Shown here one piece after another: positions 40,670-55,200 of a DNA stretch of 64,000 bases (its first letter is position 1; every line of letters begins with the position of its first letter). The DNA is taken from contig OZ024754.1 in assembly GCA_964016885.1 (NCBI GenBank), forward strand, positions 3,906,001 through 3,970,000, in the 5' to 3' direction. Below the pieces are notes generated by a model. It worked only from the letters and a program-made list of their open reading frames with translations. It was not told where the DNA came from and ran no database searches. This stretch comes from Eledone cirrhosa. Its lineage: Eukaryota. Position numbers and translations under genes: made by a program.

Positions 40670-41240
40670 ATATTTTGTTAATCTAAGCAATTAATGCTAA
40701 TATTTGCAGACATGCACCTGTGTATTTACGTTTATATTTCTCAATCTCATTATTGGTTACATGCCATGCAAATAAGAATATGTGCGCTAGTACTTTACAT
40801 GTACAATACACGTTATTAATTTGATAATGATTAAAATTTTAAATATCAACATAAAAATACGCACATATTACAACACGTATATAATAACATAATGTATACG
40901 CTTGCATCAAACATATTGTTTCATAATGGACGTGATAATTTTTTTTTCTTTTTTTTGTTGTTTTTTTTCTGGAGAATTTATGGTTTCTTTCATTAATGTA
41001 TTTGCGATTACAACTTTTCTTAACGCATTCCTGGTATTTCATCTCTGAAATTTTGCTATATTCTCAGTTAATTATCTAGAAAATTCATGCAAGATCTATC
41101 AGATTTCAGATAACGTCAATTAAAAATGAACACGTATATATATATACATATATATATATATACATATGTATATTTATACATATGTATATTTATATATATA
41201 TATATTTATATTTATATATATATATATTTGTATATATATG

Positions 41241-41293
<53 letters not shown>

Positions 41294-41334
41294 GTATATA
41301 AATATACATATATATTTGTATATATCTGTATATT

Positions 41335-41385
<51 letters not shown>

Positions 41386-42118
41386 TTGTATATATATATA
41401 TATATATTTGTATATATATATATATATATATGTTCATGTGTGTCCATATGAGATTCCGTATGTGTATGGCGATATATGGGTAGATATAATTGGTATATTT
41501 CCACATTAAGGCATATTTTTAAGCAAGTGTTTGTATATGTATAACGTAATCTAAACTTCAGTTTAAACTATGTACATACATATATCTATGTATATTCATA
41601 TATATTAATATATACATATATATATATATATATAGCGTGTGTGTTTGAGTGTATGTCTGTAAGTGTACCTCTGTGTTCATGCGTGTATGTATGTTTTAGC
41701 GATAGAAGGGAGAGAGAATAAAGAGAGAGAGAGAGAGTGAGAGAGAGAGAGAGAGTGTGTGTGTGTGTGAAAACAATAGAGTGGAAGATATGCATGGGGA
41801 AACATTATATATGACCCAAGTAATAAATTGAAAATACTTTTTTAAATATTCCTTTAATAGAAAACTTTTTCCTTTTACGGAAATAAATGTTAAAGTTAGT
41901 TGAAAATGAAATCATGTTGATAGTTCATTTTCTTTCTGTACTTGTTTTTACAAATAAGGTAACATGTGTATCGATGTGTATCGATGTGTATCAAAATGTG
42001 TGTATATGTTTAGACATGATTCCACATTGGAAAACACATGTCTGTCATAGTGATACTATATTTCCTTTTTATATACATACATAAATACATATACTTATAT
42101 ATACACACAGATACATAC

Positions 42119-42151
<33 letters not shown>

Positions 42152-42192
42152 TGTATGTATGTATGTATGTATGTATGTATATATATATATAC

Positions 42193-42255
<63 letters not shown>

Positions 42256-42392
42256 GTTAGTAACAAAAAATTATCAAACACCTTCATATACACACACACA
42301 CATATATATACACACACACATACACATATACATATACACACACATATATATATATGTAAATATATACATACATATATGTATATACATGCATA

Positions 42393-42476
<84 letters not shown>

Positions 42477-42891
42477 CAAGAACAGCGAAACGACAACAAC
42501 TACAACAACGTCAAGATACACTAAACTTAGCCCACACATCTTCACCGTCACCCTCACATTTCCTCAATACGCACCAACCCATCCTCGCTCTACGAACCAG
42601 GGACCTGCGAAAAAAAAGTTCACGTATTTTAATTGTAAAGATATGTGGCAACTGTAGAATATATGGTCACGAATTTCAACACTGATGAAATTACAGAAAA
42701 AAATATACCAATGTTTAATATTTCGTCTTAGTTATTTACGTCATCATTTCTTTTTTAGTTAATTGTTTATTGCTCAGGCGTTGTTGTTCTATTCATTTTT
42801 CACGTTTATATATTATCATCCTTAATATCATTCTCATTAATAAGTTAACAGCACCACCATCTTCAACAACAAGAAATACAACTACAACAAA

Positions 42892-42948
<57 letters not shown>

Positions 42949-43202
42949 TGCTACTGCTGCTACTACTACTACTGCAACTACTACTACTACTACTACTTCT
43001 ACTGCTACAACCACAGCTCTTGTTCTCAATGAGATGCATCATTATTATCACAATCATGATGATGATAATATAGATAAAAGTAATAATAAGAAGAACTATC
43101 TTCTCTATCATATATATATTTATATATATAAATATATATGTGTGTGTGTGTGTGTGTGTGTTTGTGTGTGAGTGTTGTGTGTGTGTGTTTGTGTGTGACT
43201 GT

Positions 43203-43247
<45 letters not shown>

Positions 43248-43364
43248 CATATTCAATGCATATATTTCTGTTTAGTTTTTACGTCGTCTTGCTAAAATAA
43301 GGAAATTAAAACCATTAGAAGATGCACTTAGATTTAGAAGAAATATTAAAAGAATAAAAAATAC

Positions 43365-43480
<116 letters not shown>

Positions 43481-44110
43481 AAGAAGAAGAAGAAGAAGAA
43501 GAAGAAGAAGAAGAATGATAATGACAACAACAGAATGATAATGATACACACACGCTTATTGAAAATATCTTGTGATAAATATTATATTTTCGTTTAGTTC
43601 AGAGTGTTTGTTATTTCATTTTTAATATCATCACAATTTTTTGTTTTTTTTTGTTTAAGAGTGAGTAACCGGAAATTGAATTTCCAACTAAAAGTCATAT
43701 CTAACAAAACGAAACAAACATTTTCCTGAAGTTGATATATATATATATACACACACATACATATATATATATATATACATATGTGTGTGTGTGTGTATAT
43801 ATATATACACGTACCTATATGTATCATCTCGACGTATGCATGTAAATATGTATGTGTTTGATTATATGCGTTAAATTGTGCGTGTTTGCATGTTTTGATA
43901 AATATATATATACACACATATATATTTATATATTTATATAGTTTCTCATTTATGTGTACATAAGTGTGTTTGTCTGATTTTTCATACATATTTGGGGGAA
44001 GTGTGTATATGTACATTTCTCTATTATTTGCTATCAAAAGCATATCTGGTTTAAGAAGTCTACTATTATCCTTGATAAATATGCTAACGCCATTTGCGGT
44101 ATAAATATAA

Positions 44111-44154
<44 letters not shown>

Positions 44155-44228
44155 CACACATTAAATACATGCATATATTATATATATATACATTTATATA
44201 CATACATATATTCATATATACCTGTACA

Positions 44229-44278
<50 letters not shown>

Positions 44279-44401
44279 TATACACATATATATATATATA
44301 TATATATGCATATATATATACATATATATACACACACACACACACATATATATATATACATATATATACACACACACACACACTTATATATACACACACA
44401 A

Positions 44402-44491
<90 letters not shown>

Positions 44492-44670
44492 ATATAAAGC
44501 ACCGTTTGATGTTGATAGGAGCATTCTTGACCATTCTACACCACACGCAAAGAGGATGGGCAATTTAAATGATCAAAGAGATATTTTTAATTGATAAATT
44601 TTAATTTCAATACGACTATCTATCAAAGAATAATTCTTCTACATTGCCAAAATCTCGCATAATAACAATG

Positions 44671-44719
<49 letters not shown>

Positions 44720-44747
44720 CAACAACAACAATAATGATAACAATAAT

Positions 44748-44785
<38 letters not shown>

Positions 44786-45193
44786 CAACAACAATAATAA
44801 TAATAACAATAATAATAATAATAATAATAACAATATTAATAATGATAATAATACTATTAATAATTATAATTATAATATTATTAATAATATTTTGAAACTG
44901 AAACAGATCGATAAGAACATAATAATTAGCAGCATATGTTGATCCACACGAAAAAAAAAATATGAAAGAATTGTTCGTAATTGTTTATGCTTTCAGTATA
45001 TTAGAGAAAGTTTGGAAGCTTAATAAATGGTGTCAGACATACAAAGACGCCATTACAGCACTCTAATAAAGAGAATATTTCTGACAAACATTCTAGTTCT
45101 TTAATACCATTCTATGACACTGTCCCTCATCATTATCTATAAATGAACGCCGATGTATGTATGTATGTATTTATATATATATATGTAAGTATT

Positions 45194-45227
<34 letters not shown>

Positions 45228-45605
45228 TGTATGTATGTATGTATGTATGTATGTATGTATGTATGTATGTATGTATGTATTTATATATGTATCTATGTAT
45301 TAATGAATGTATATATGTATTCATATGTGTATGTATGTATTTATATATCTATGTATGTATTTATGTATTTATGAATGTATGTATGTATGTGTGCATTTAT
45401 GAATGCACATATGTATTTATATATGTATGTATGCACGTGTGGATGTAAGTAAGCAAGTAGTTCTATATAAAAATATTTGTATGTATATATGCACGTTGGT
45501 ATGACACATGTATAAGCAATTATCTAAGTGCGTATGATGGACGTGCATGCATATATATATATATATATATTTACATATTAATATATATATATATATTTAC
45601 ATAGT

Positions 45606-45656
<51 letters not shown>

Positions 45657-46201
45657 GCAATCATTTCTGTTTGTATTGATACGTGGCGTTTATCAATATT
45701 TATTTACGTATATTAAAGATGGATGTTCTACTTCATTTTTTGTTGTTATTTTTTTAATTATGTGTATGGATAATAAGGATGTAAATGGAATGAAGAAGGC
45801 GTAAATTATTATTATTATATTTATCTTTGTTTGTAACAATAGACAAACGTCGATCATCTCAAGTATTAATCCACTAAGCATTATATATCGCAGTACAATA
45901 AAGAAGTAGCTCGGACCCTTGGAATAAATGTTCTTTTATTTCACTCATCCTTGCTATAAGCGACTCTAAATGCTAGCATCATGTCACGGGGGCGCTCAAT
46001 TTCACTTCTATTGAATGCATAATAATCTCATTGTATCACATTTTCAATATTGTTTTTTTTTTGTAATAATATATTCCACTCTACAAACCCTATTTCTCGT
46101 CCTCCCCACACAGCGCTTTCTATTTCTATATTCTTACGTGCATACAAACGCAGATACAGAAATATATATATATATATATATATATATAAGTATATATATA
46201 G

Positions 46202-46290
<89 letters not shown>

Positions 46291-46307
46291 ATGTATATAT
46301 GTATACA

Positions 46308-46369
<62 letters not shown>

Positions 46370-46384
46370 ACAGTATATATATAC

Positions 46385-46444
<60 letters not shown>

Positions 46445-46511
46445 GTTGGGTTACAACTAGTAAATATTTATAACTGATATAAAAGCACTCGACAAATATT
46501 TGGAGTATATT

Positions 46512-46812
46512 TACAATATTAAATAAATGGAAAACTATATTTATAAAACCATATTTATTTCATTATATATATTTCGGGGATATCATATTAACAATATGCT
46601 ATGCCTTCATCAGACAAAATACAATATAAACAGTTTTATAGATAAATATATTCGACATACCGTAATAAACATCAACTTTTATCTATAAAACTGTTTATAT
46701 TGTATTTTGTCTGATGAAGGCATAGCATATTGTTAATATGATATCCCCGAAATATATATAATGAAATAAATATGGTTTTATAAATATAGTTTTCCATTTA
46801 TTTAATATTGTA
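46512..46812. repeat. Perfect fold-back, 135-bp arms, 31-nt spacer
   Basis: 46512-46646 is the exact reverse complement of 46678-46812 by eye; ends at (TA)n. Confidence 0.95.
46703..46768 (+). ncRNA. Type I hammerhead motif (mirror copy on minus strand in the left arm)
   Basis: Stem I TATTTTGT/ATGAAATA (2 wobbles); CTGATGA; stem II GG..CATATT/AATATG..CC; GAAA; palindromic ATATATAT stem III; ATA triplet. Confidence 0.6.
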
Positions 46813-47031
46813 TATATATATATATATATATATTCAAGTGGAAGCTTAGTAAAATCGAAGCTTTGGCTGTGGCCAAGCAAAGTCGACCTCCAATAAGGAA
46901 TGAGTTAGCAAGGCACTCAATAAGGGTGGGTCCTTAGAGTAATAACATACGCTTAAATAGCTTGACAAATTGAAAATTGCGGTAGGCAAAACCCAACCAC
47001 ACAATACCAAAGTAACGAAAGAACTAACAGG

Positions 47032-47065
<34 letters not shown>

Positions 47066-47068
<3 letters not shown>

Positions 47069-47465
47069 GAGTAAGGAAACCCTTCTGCCGCGAGATACTA
47101 CTGGAAACTCCCCCCCCCCCCGTGGCCCCGGTATGGCGAAGTTATTATTTTGTGGAGGGCCAGCAGTTCTCTCTGTTTACCATTCTCCATTGTCCTCGCC
47201 GCCGATGTTGTCCAAGGGAGAGCCAGGGATCGATAAAATTTAGCATGTGTGACATCAGACTCAGACTCAGAAGCTCCCGCGTCTTGCGACGCATGAGGCA
47301 ATCATAGTGTGCCATCGCGTTCGGTCAGCAGCCAGCTGCACAGCGTCCCGCCATTGTCTGTTTGTCGCTCGCAGATCCCTCTCAACTGTCTGGCGCCAGT
47401 TCATATTGGGTCGCCCTCTCCGTCTGCTTCCCTGCGGGCTCCATTTAAGTACTTGGTTCGCAACA
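47066..47465. other. GC-rich island of unknown origin (possible LTR remnant)
   Basis: About 400 bp of elevated GC after (TA)n, ending ...TTCGCAACA; no recognisable ORF or TSD. Confidence 0.25.
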
Positions 47466-47672
47466 TCGTTTATTGAATTGAATTAACGAAGTTGTACCAA
47501 CAATGGCAATGCCCCAGTATGGCTTCAGCCAATCCACTTGAACACAGCTAAAAGAATAAAAGAACATATATATATATATAACTAAAGATTAGTATCGTTC
47601 GTTGATTACTCAATGAATACAATTTACAATACATAAGATGCACTCAACCGAAAAGTTTTCCTGGAGTTTTTA

Positions 47673-47916
47673 ATATTATTCACAATATTAACAAATGAAA
47701 AATATTCTCATAATCAAAATATATACTTTATTATATATATTTCAAAGGTACTGTGTTGTTTTTTCAGTACGTCCTCGTCAGACAAAATATATATATTTAT
47801 TTTTTGTCTGATGAGGACGTACTGAAAAAACAACACAGTACCTTTGAAATATATATAATAAAGTATATATTTTGATTACGAGAATATTTTTCATTTGTTA
47901 ATATTTTGAATAATAT
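47673..47916. repeat. Fold-back, about 115-bp arms, with a hammerhead-like motif in each arm
   Basis: 47673-47787 vs 47802-47916. TTTTGT-CTGA(T/C)GA-GGAC-GTACTG..CAGTAC-CTTT-GAAA-TATATA-TA-ATAAAG, related to the 46703 motif. Confidence 0.9.
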
Positions 47917-47983
47917 ATATATATGAATAAAATTATCCTTCATCAGTGATTTTCCAACCTTCATTGGTATTTCTTCATTGGTA

Positions 47984-48033
47984 TCGAGTACTCTGTCGAG
48001 TAATGGTCCAACCAGTTTCAAACTGAAACTAAC

Positions 48034-48073
<40 letters not shown>

Positions 48074-48102
48074 GTTAGATTCAGTTTGAAACTGGTTGGA
48101 CC

Positions 48103-48133
<31 letters not shown>

Positions 48134-48550
48134 TAAAGATTCAGCGAGAATCGCATTTTCGGCGGGCAGGAAAAGCGAAGCGAAACGTAAAAATCAGAAA
48201 TGATACTGGCAAAGTACTCAATAGTTAAAAACCAGAGCTCAAGAATGTGTTAAGAAGCCATACAAAACTGAAAAAGTGGTCAAGAAAGCATTAACCACCC
48301 AACCAAAAAACCAAATCAAGCTAAACAGGTCAAAACAAAATAAATGATAAAATATATATATATATATCAGGTTAAATTCAGTTTGAAACTGGTTGGACCA
48401 TTACTCGACACAGTACTCGATATTTGAGGTAGTAGCGTATAGTTATATTCAAACGTGTCGGGACCCGATCTCAGAATACTTACCGTTTCAACAGCTATTT
48501 AACTAGCTGTTGAAACGGTAAAAGCTCACCAGTCGAAACCCGACTCTTTA
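47984..48550. mobile_element. Cluster of Penelope-like pseudo-LTR ends in alternating orientation around (TA)n
   Basis: CAGGTTA.ATTCAGTTTGAAACTGGTTGGACCAT at 48071 and 48368, its reverse complement at about 48003-48036; palindrome TTACCGTTTCAACAGCTA/TAGCTGTTGAAACGGTAA at 48480-48521. Confidence 0.65.
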
Positions 48551-48837
48551 TAATATATATGTTTGTGTGTGTGTGGGTGGGTGTGTGCGTGTGCGTGTGC
48601 GTGTGTCTGTGTGTTTGTGTGTATATGTGTGTGATATACAGTTGTATTACAATTTACAGTCATGGTATCGGTTAAGCACACGCTATATTTATTAATGGTA
48701 AAAACAAATTGAACAGATTATATGATGAATGCATTAAATCGTTTTTATTTCAAATTGCAGCAACATTGTTTTTTCATATTTTGATTGGGAATTTGTCTTA
48801 TTGTATATATATATATATATATATATATAAATATATA

Positions 48838-48957
<120 letters not shown>

Positions 48958-48964
48958 GTGTGTG

Positions 48965-49069
<105 letters not shown>

Positions 49070-49090
49070 GTATAAATATATATATATATG

Positions 49091-49169
<79 letters not shown>

Positions 49170-49172
<3 letters not shown>

Positions 49173-49860
49173 ACTTCCGGATATTAAACCGTTGAAAATT
49201 CTCACAGTAGAACAACTCTAATCCATAAATATGGATTAAATAACACCAAGTTACAATCCATTACTATAACAAACATTCAATACAAATATAACTTAACATA
49301 TGTAATGGATGGGAAATCTGTAACTTTCATATTCTACACACATACAAATTTGAACTATACAGAAAATATCATCGCATTGCACCCACCATAATACACTAAC
49401 ATATTCGCTTATAGTGCTTGTATTTCATACAGTACTCATATATGCATGATACATTTGCTTGTTCTATTCCTTTATATATGACTAACGCATGTACTATCTC
49501 TTTAATTTAATTATTAGACTATTCTCTTGTATTATCTGTCGCATGTATTCCACCCTTTGCTTTTAATTTTAATTTTAATTTTTAATTTTAATTTTTATTT
49601 TTAATTTTTATTTTAATCTTAATTTGAATTATTGTACAATTCTCGTATATTATATGTCGCATCCATTCCACCCTGTAAACATGAAACTGTTGTCCACAAC
49701 ATCAATATATATATACCTGTATGATTCTTCAGTTGAATAGGAGGTTAATTATATGTACAAACATTGATCATGCTGCGAGGAATCCAAGCTTAAGTTTGGA
49801 AGAAACAATTGTCAACGATTAAATGTTTTAAAAATAACTTTGATACTTGTGTAATCTCTC
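49170..49860 (+). mobile_element. Possible degenerate Penelope-like 3' region
   Basis: Flanked by (TA)n; eroded hammerhead-like TCCAAGCTTAAGTTTGGA-A-GAAACAATTGTC near 49782-49813. Confidence 0.35.
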
Positions 49861-50006
49861 TATATATATGTATAAATATATACATATATATATGTAGAAA
49901 TATATACATATATATATGTAGAAATATATATATATATTTCGTTTCTGAATTAGCAACATGACCCTCCCAAAGTATAACAATATATTTATATATGTGTATA
50001 AATATT

Positions 50007-50038
<32 letters not shown>

Positions 50039-50040
50039 AG

Positions 50041-50107
<67 letters not shown>

Positions 50108-50494
50108 TTTTCTTTTGTATTTGTGTTTCTGTAATTCAGTTTTCGGTTATGAGTTTTGTTTATTTTTTATTATCAGTGTTTCATTCTAAGGTGAATTTCA
50201 GTTTAGAGAATCAGTAATCGATACAGATGAAAACTATTGCAATCTATGATATTTATAGATGCATGTTATTAATCTCTGTGAAAACAATTGGCGCACATGA
50301 TCACTTTAATAGTGTTTTCTTGATTGCTTCATAATTTGCTAAAAAGAATTATAAAAAGAATTATAGGCATGTCTATCGTGCATACAAACTCCCTCACACA
50401 TTTGCGTACACAGAAACCTACATTCTCCAAGTGCAATACGTATAGAACTACAGATAATATATACATACATATATATATACATACACACACACAG

Positions 50495-50540
<46 letters not shown>

Positions 50541-50726
50541 AGAAAGAGAGAGAGATAGAAAGAGAGATATGCGGGGAGAGAGATAGAGGGCTTTCTTGAT
50601 CATTTGAATGAAACAGTTATAACATTGTAGAGGCGATCTCTATAATAGTCTTGATGTTTACACCCTAATACTAATGTATTGAGTACCTTAGTAACTGTGG
50701 TTACTCCCGGTTGAATCCTACACACA

Positions 50727-50822
<96 letters not shown>

Positions 50823-51101
50823 AATATATACATACACACACACATATATATATGTGTGTGTATGTCTAGACAGAAAGAGAGTGACTGTGAGAGACAAAAA
50901 ATAGATTTATGTGAATAAAATCGTGTCGTTTGAATTAAAAGAATATGTTAATATCTTTTAAGTTATCCTTGTGCACGAACGAGAAATTCTAATATATTTA
51001 TCATGTTTACGTAAGACACGAGAGAAAGAGAGATATATAGATAGATAGAGAGAGAGAGAGAGGGAGAGAGAGAGAGAGAGCGAGAGGAAGAGAGAGAGAG
51101 A

Positions 51102-51145
<44 letters not shown>

Positions 51146-51346
51146 GAGAGGATTAAATATGTGTAGGCTTGTTCAAATGAGGGAGACAGTGTATGGATAA
51201 GATTTATGTTGAAAGGCGTTACGTAATTTATATATCAGCATGTCACTATCACGCTCTCATTCACTATATAAGTTTGATGTATAGGGACAAGTAGACGAGT
51301 TTACAAGACACACTTATATGTACATACTCGTATATGCACACATACG

Positions 51347-51402
51347 CATACGTGTAGAAACATACGTGTAGAAACATACGTGTAGAAACATACGTGTAGA
51401 AA
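51347..51402. repeat. 14-bp tandem repeat x4
   Basis: CATACGTGTAGAAA four times. Confidence 0.9.
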
Positions 51403-51546
51403 TATATACACGAGAGGTATTATGAATTATTCGAATTTGTTTTGTTTTTATATTAGCGGGAAAATTAATTGTTCGCGCTTTTTGTGTGTTTCTTTGTTTA
51501 GTCGATAGGGTGCGGGTTTAATATTCATAAGTTAAGTTTGTCGACT

Positions 51547-51855
51547 TCATGAAACGCTAATTCTTCGTCGCACTGAAAACAAAGACATTTCTTCCACTGT
51601 ATTCAGTGTTATGAGCTTTGGTAAACTGGAACATTCAACGCCAAATACGTTGTTATTTAATGAGAAATTTTCTGGAGGTATTGCTAAAAGCTTAAGAAGT
51701 TCGCTTCCCAATAATGACGTACTTGGTTCACTTCGATTAATTGGCATCTTGGGCAAGGTGTCTTGCCATAATCTCGATTTGACCGAAGGCTTGTGAGGGA
51801 AATTATGCAGACAAATGCAATGTGGAAGCCCGATTGGTGAATTGAAACTGTCATT
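51547..51855 (-). CDS. Candidate terminal coding exon, unknown protein (102 aa: NDSFNSPIGLPHCICLH...RRRISVS)
   Basis: Non-repetitive open frame from just after an AG (51857-51856) to TGA; no recognisable domain; weak polypyrimidine tract. Confidence 0.3.
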   Translation of the reverse strand, partial: NDSFNSPIGLPHCICLHNFPHKPSVKSRLWQDTLPKMPINRSEPSTSLLGSELLKLLAIPPENFSLNNNVFGVECSSLPKLITLNTVEEMSLFSVRRRISVS

Positions 51856-52078
51856 CTAAACATCCAGTACTTTCACACATTTTATTAAGCTGGCTATACC
51901 AGAGAATTGCATAAAAATACACGTACCAGCAACATATTCAGTGACATACATGTTAATCTCCTGACAGACGTTCAGGTGATTGAATAAGTGAATACTCATA
52001 GACAAACTGACAGAGAATCTATCGTGATTATCATCATTATAATCACAATTTCTACCCATATATAAAATAATGAAAGAA

Positions 52079-52355
52079 AACAAAGAATAGGTTCCTTATA
52101 TTGAAAAATTCATTATTTTACGATCGTTTCTGGGATATATATGTGTGTTGGTATGTGTATCATGTCTCAAACAGACCTTTTATATTAATACTTTGTTTCT
52201 GAAGATGGCATGTATAGGTGAAGGTACCTATATCTCCTCCGATAATTTGTAATTTTTTACATAGATCTTTAACATGATATACATACCAACACGCATATAC
52301 ATCCCAGAAACGATCGTAAAATGATGAATTTTTCAATATAAGGAACCTGTTCTTT

Positions 52356-52359
<4 letters not shown>
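52079..52359. repeat. Imperfect fold-back (about 87-bp arms, 105-bp spacer), Penelope-like
   Basis: 52079-52165 vs 52272-52359; spacer holds an eroded CTGAAGATGG..TATAGGT/ACCTATA..CCGATA motif; ends at (TA)n. Confidence 0.8.
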
Positions 52360-52391
<32 letters not shown>

Positions 52392-53236
52392 TGCATCTCT
52401 GTACCCACATTCTCAACATTTTTTGTACTCCCTTCTGTATAATATTTTACATTCATCTGTCCACCATTATAGCCATTATTCATTGTCCTTGAATTGAGGA
52501 ATTCTGGGAAAACACAAGTATCAGTTAATCCATTATATCATCCCGAATTTTTGAATAGTAAAATAATTGGCTATCATTAGATGTAGGAAACGTAATACTG
52601 TCGTAAGTAGAATGCGATCGTAAAACCTAATGGGCCGGAGCTAAATACTGTTAGACATTGTGTCCGACGCTCTACGTACTCATGATAACATGGAAGTTTT
52701 ATTATTTTACTTGTGTGATTTACAAAGTGACGGAACTCATGGGCTTGTGATATGAAGATTGGAGAGATCGAGGATGTTGTTCTGTTTAAAATGTTATATG
52801 TTCACTCTTTTTGGATAGAAAACATAAAGAGAGGTTTCGGATATGTAACGGTCTGAACTGCAAGGACAGGGCATAGTGGTTAATGCAGGTCTTTGTGGGG
52901 AGAGGTGACAATATACGTGATGGGAATAGTGAAGTGGAAGTGTTTACTTGTCAATGGTATGACATGAGTTAGTTCCAAGGAGCCGAGACCATTATGGTAA
53001 GTGTGTGAAGTATGTATGAATAATGTATTAGACATTATGCAGTGTCCTTTACGCATTCTATACACATCTCCAAAATTATCTGGCCTAGTAAACTTATATA
53101 AAATATCTATCTATTGTCATGAAACAAAAATATAGCAGAGGCTGTTTGGCCAATAATATATCATGAATATGTTTTATAATAAAGTCTTAGAATAAAAGAA
53201 GTAGCCATCGAAGGAGAGAGAGAGGGGGAGAGGGAG

Positions 53237-53305
<69 letters not shown>

Positions 53306-53485
53306 ATTAGATTAGTTATGATATAGGGAGATAGATGTAGTAAGACAGAGAAACAATAAGAGCGTGGATGAAAGACAATTACGCAAACAAAGGATTTGAT
53401 TTAGAAACGATTAGAAATGTAGGGAGAGATAGATAGATGGATACATGGATCGATAGAGAGATGGTTGCTTAGATTTATAGATAGA

Positions 53486-54241
53486 CTAGCAGATTTACCC
53501 GGCGTTGCCCGGGGTTTGAAATTATGCTAAGAATATACAGCTAGGAAGTAAAAGAAAATCATTTGTCCCCAACATGTCAAAATAAGCAGAAGTCTTCAAT
53601 AATTGATGCAAACGAATATTTAGTGCAATCTTTGTGCACATAAAACTATGCTGATAATGAAGGAACATTTTCTTTTAACTGATTTCTTCATTGTAATAAT
53701 AGTTGTTTTTAATAAATTCACAATATCCTGGAAGCATAGATAATGCCTGCCTCAAATGTGGACGAAAATGATTTAAAAGTGTAAAAGTTGTAGGTCCCAA
53801 CGGTTTGAATGGAAAGTCCCATAAGGATTGTTTTTAGATTGATTTCTCCCTTACAGCATACACTTTAGAAAAAATAATCTTCTTGTATTACCTCGACGGC
53901 ATAGACAATGCCTGCCTCACATTTGGTAAAAAAAGCTCGAAAAATGTAAAAGTAATTGCAATTTTTAATTTGCATGGAAAATCCCATAAGGATTTTGTCT
54001 TCATTGTTATCTCCCTTACATCATGCACTTTAGAAAAAATAATTTTGCTATCGATAATTTTGCTATCGATTTTTTATTGCTCAACCTGGGTCGATTTGAA
54101 AAAGATTTGTGATGTGACCATCTTAGCGACAGGTGCAACGAGCACAGAAAATTTGGTCAAATTCGGTTGGGAATTGTAAAAGCATTAGGTGTCCAAATGT
54201 GTACACAGACACACACACATCCTCGCTTTTATATATATAGA
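53486..54241 (-). mobile_element. Non-autonomous Helitron
   Basis: Minus strand starts TCTATATATATAAAAGC and ends CCCGGGCAACGCCGGG hairpin-TAAATCTG-CTAG; inserted between A and T with no TSD; internal repeat of about 165 bp. Confidence 0.88.
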
Positions 54242-54405
54242 TGGGTAGTTTATGTATAGATGGGTAGTTATATAGATAAATTGATAGATAGATGTATTGA
54301 TATGTATATAGGTAGATAATTACATACATAGATAGATAGAAAGAAAGATATGTCCATAGATAGATAGATAAATGCATAGAGAGATAGTGAGTCAGACAGG
54401 CAGAC

Positions 54406-54495
<90 letters not shown>

Positions 54496-55200
54496 ACAGA
54501 TACATAGATAGATATATAGTGAGTGTGTGAGGGGGTAGATTTGTGAGGGCATGTGTGTAAGAAATGCTTATAGAAAAGACTTGTGAGAAATTTGGATCAG
54601 ACAAAATAGCACCGAAACATCGAATACATGTGATCGGGTAGATAATCGAAGGTATAATGACATGAAGGATGGTCGATAGATCGAAGATATAAACACGAAA
54701 ACATATAGAAAGATGATAAAGTAAGGGATAAGGAAAGAACGGGAGAGAAAGAGGGAGACATAGGGAAAGAAATGAAGAGAAAGCGAATTGTTGATAAATT
54801 TAGTTAGAGAAAAAGTTGACATAATGATGGAGCAAGGAGGATGTAGAGGCACTAGAAAAAGATAGTGATGGATAAAGACGGAGAGAGGGAGAAAGAGGGG
54901 AAGGGGGAAAGAAGTGACGGAGGAAGGAAGAGATGGTGAGAAAGTGAGAAACAAGAGAATCATCATAAAGAAATGGTTAGACATCAGAAATAACAAGATA
55001 TAGAACACACGGGGGAGAAATAGAGAGGTGATTGACCTACAGGAGATGAAGAAGGGATGAACATTTAGTGGTAGTGATAGAAAGAAACACACCAGAGTGA
55101 GATATATATAGAGAGAATGAGAAAGAGAGGGGTGGATCAAGAATAGAGAGACATAGATAGATAGATAGAAAGATAGATAGAAAGATAGATAGATGGATAA

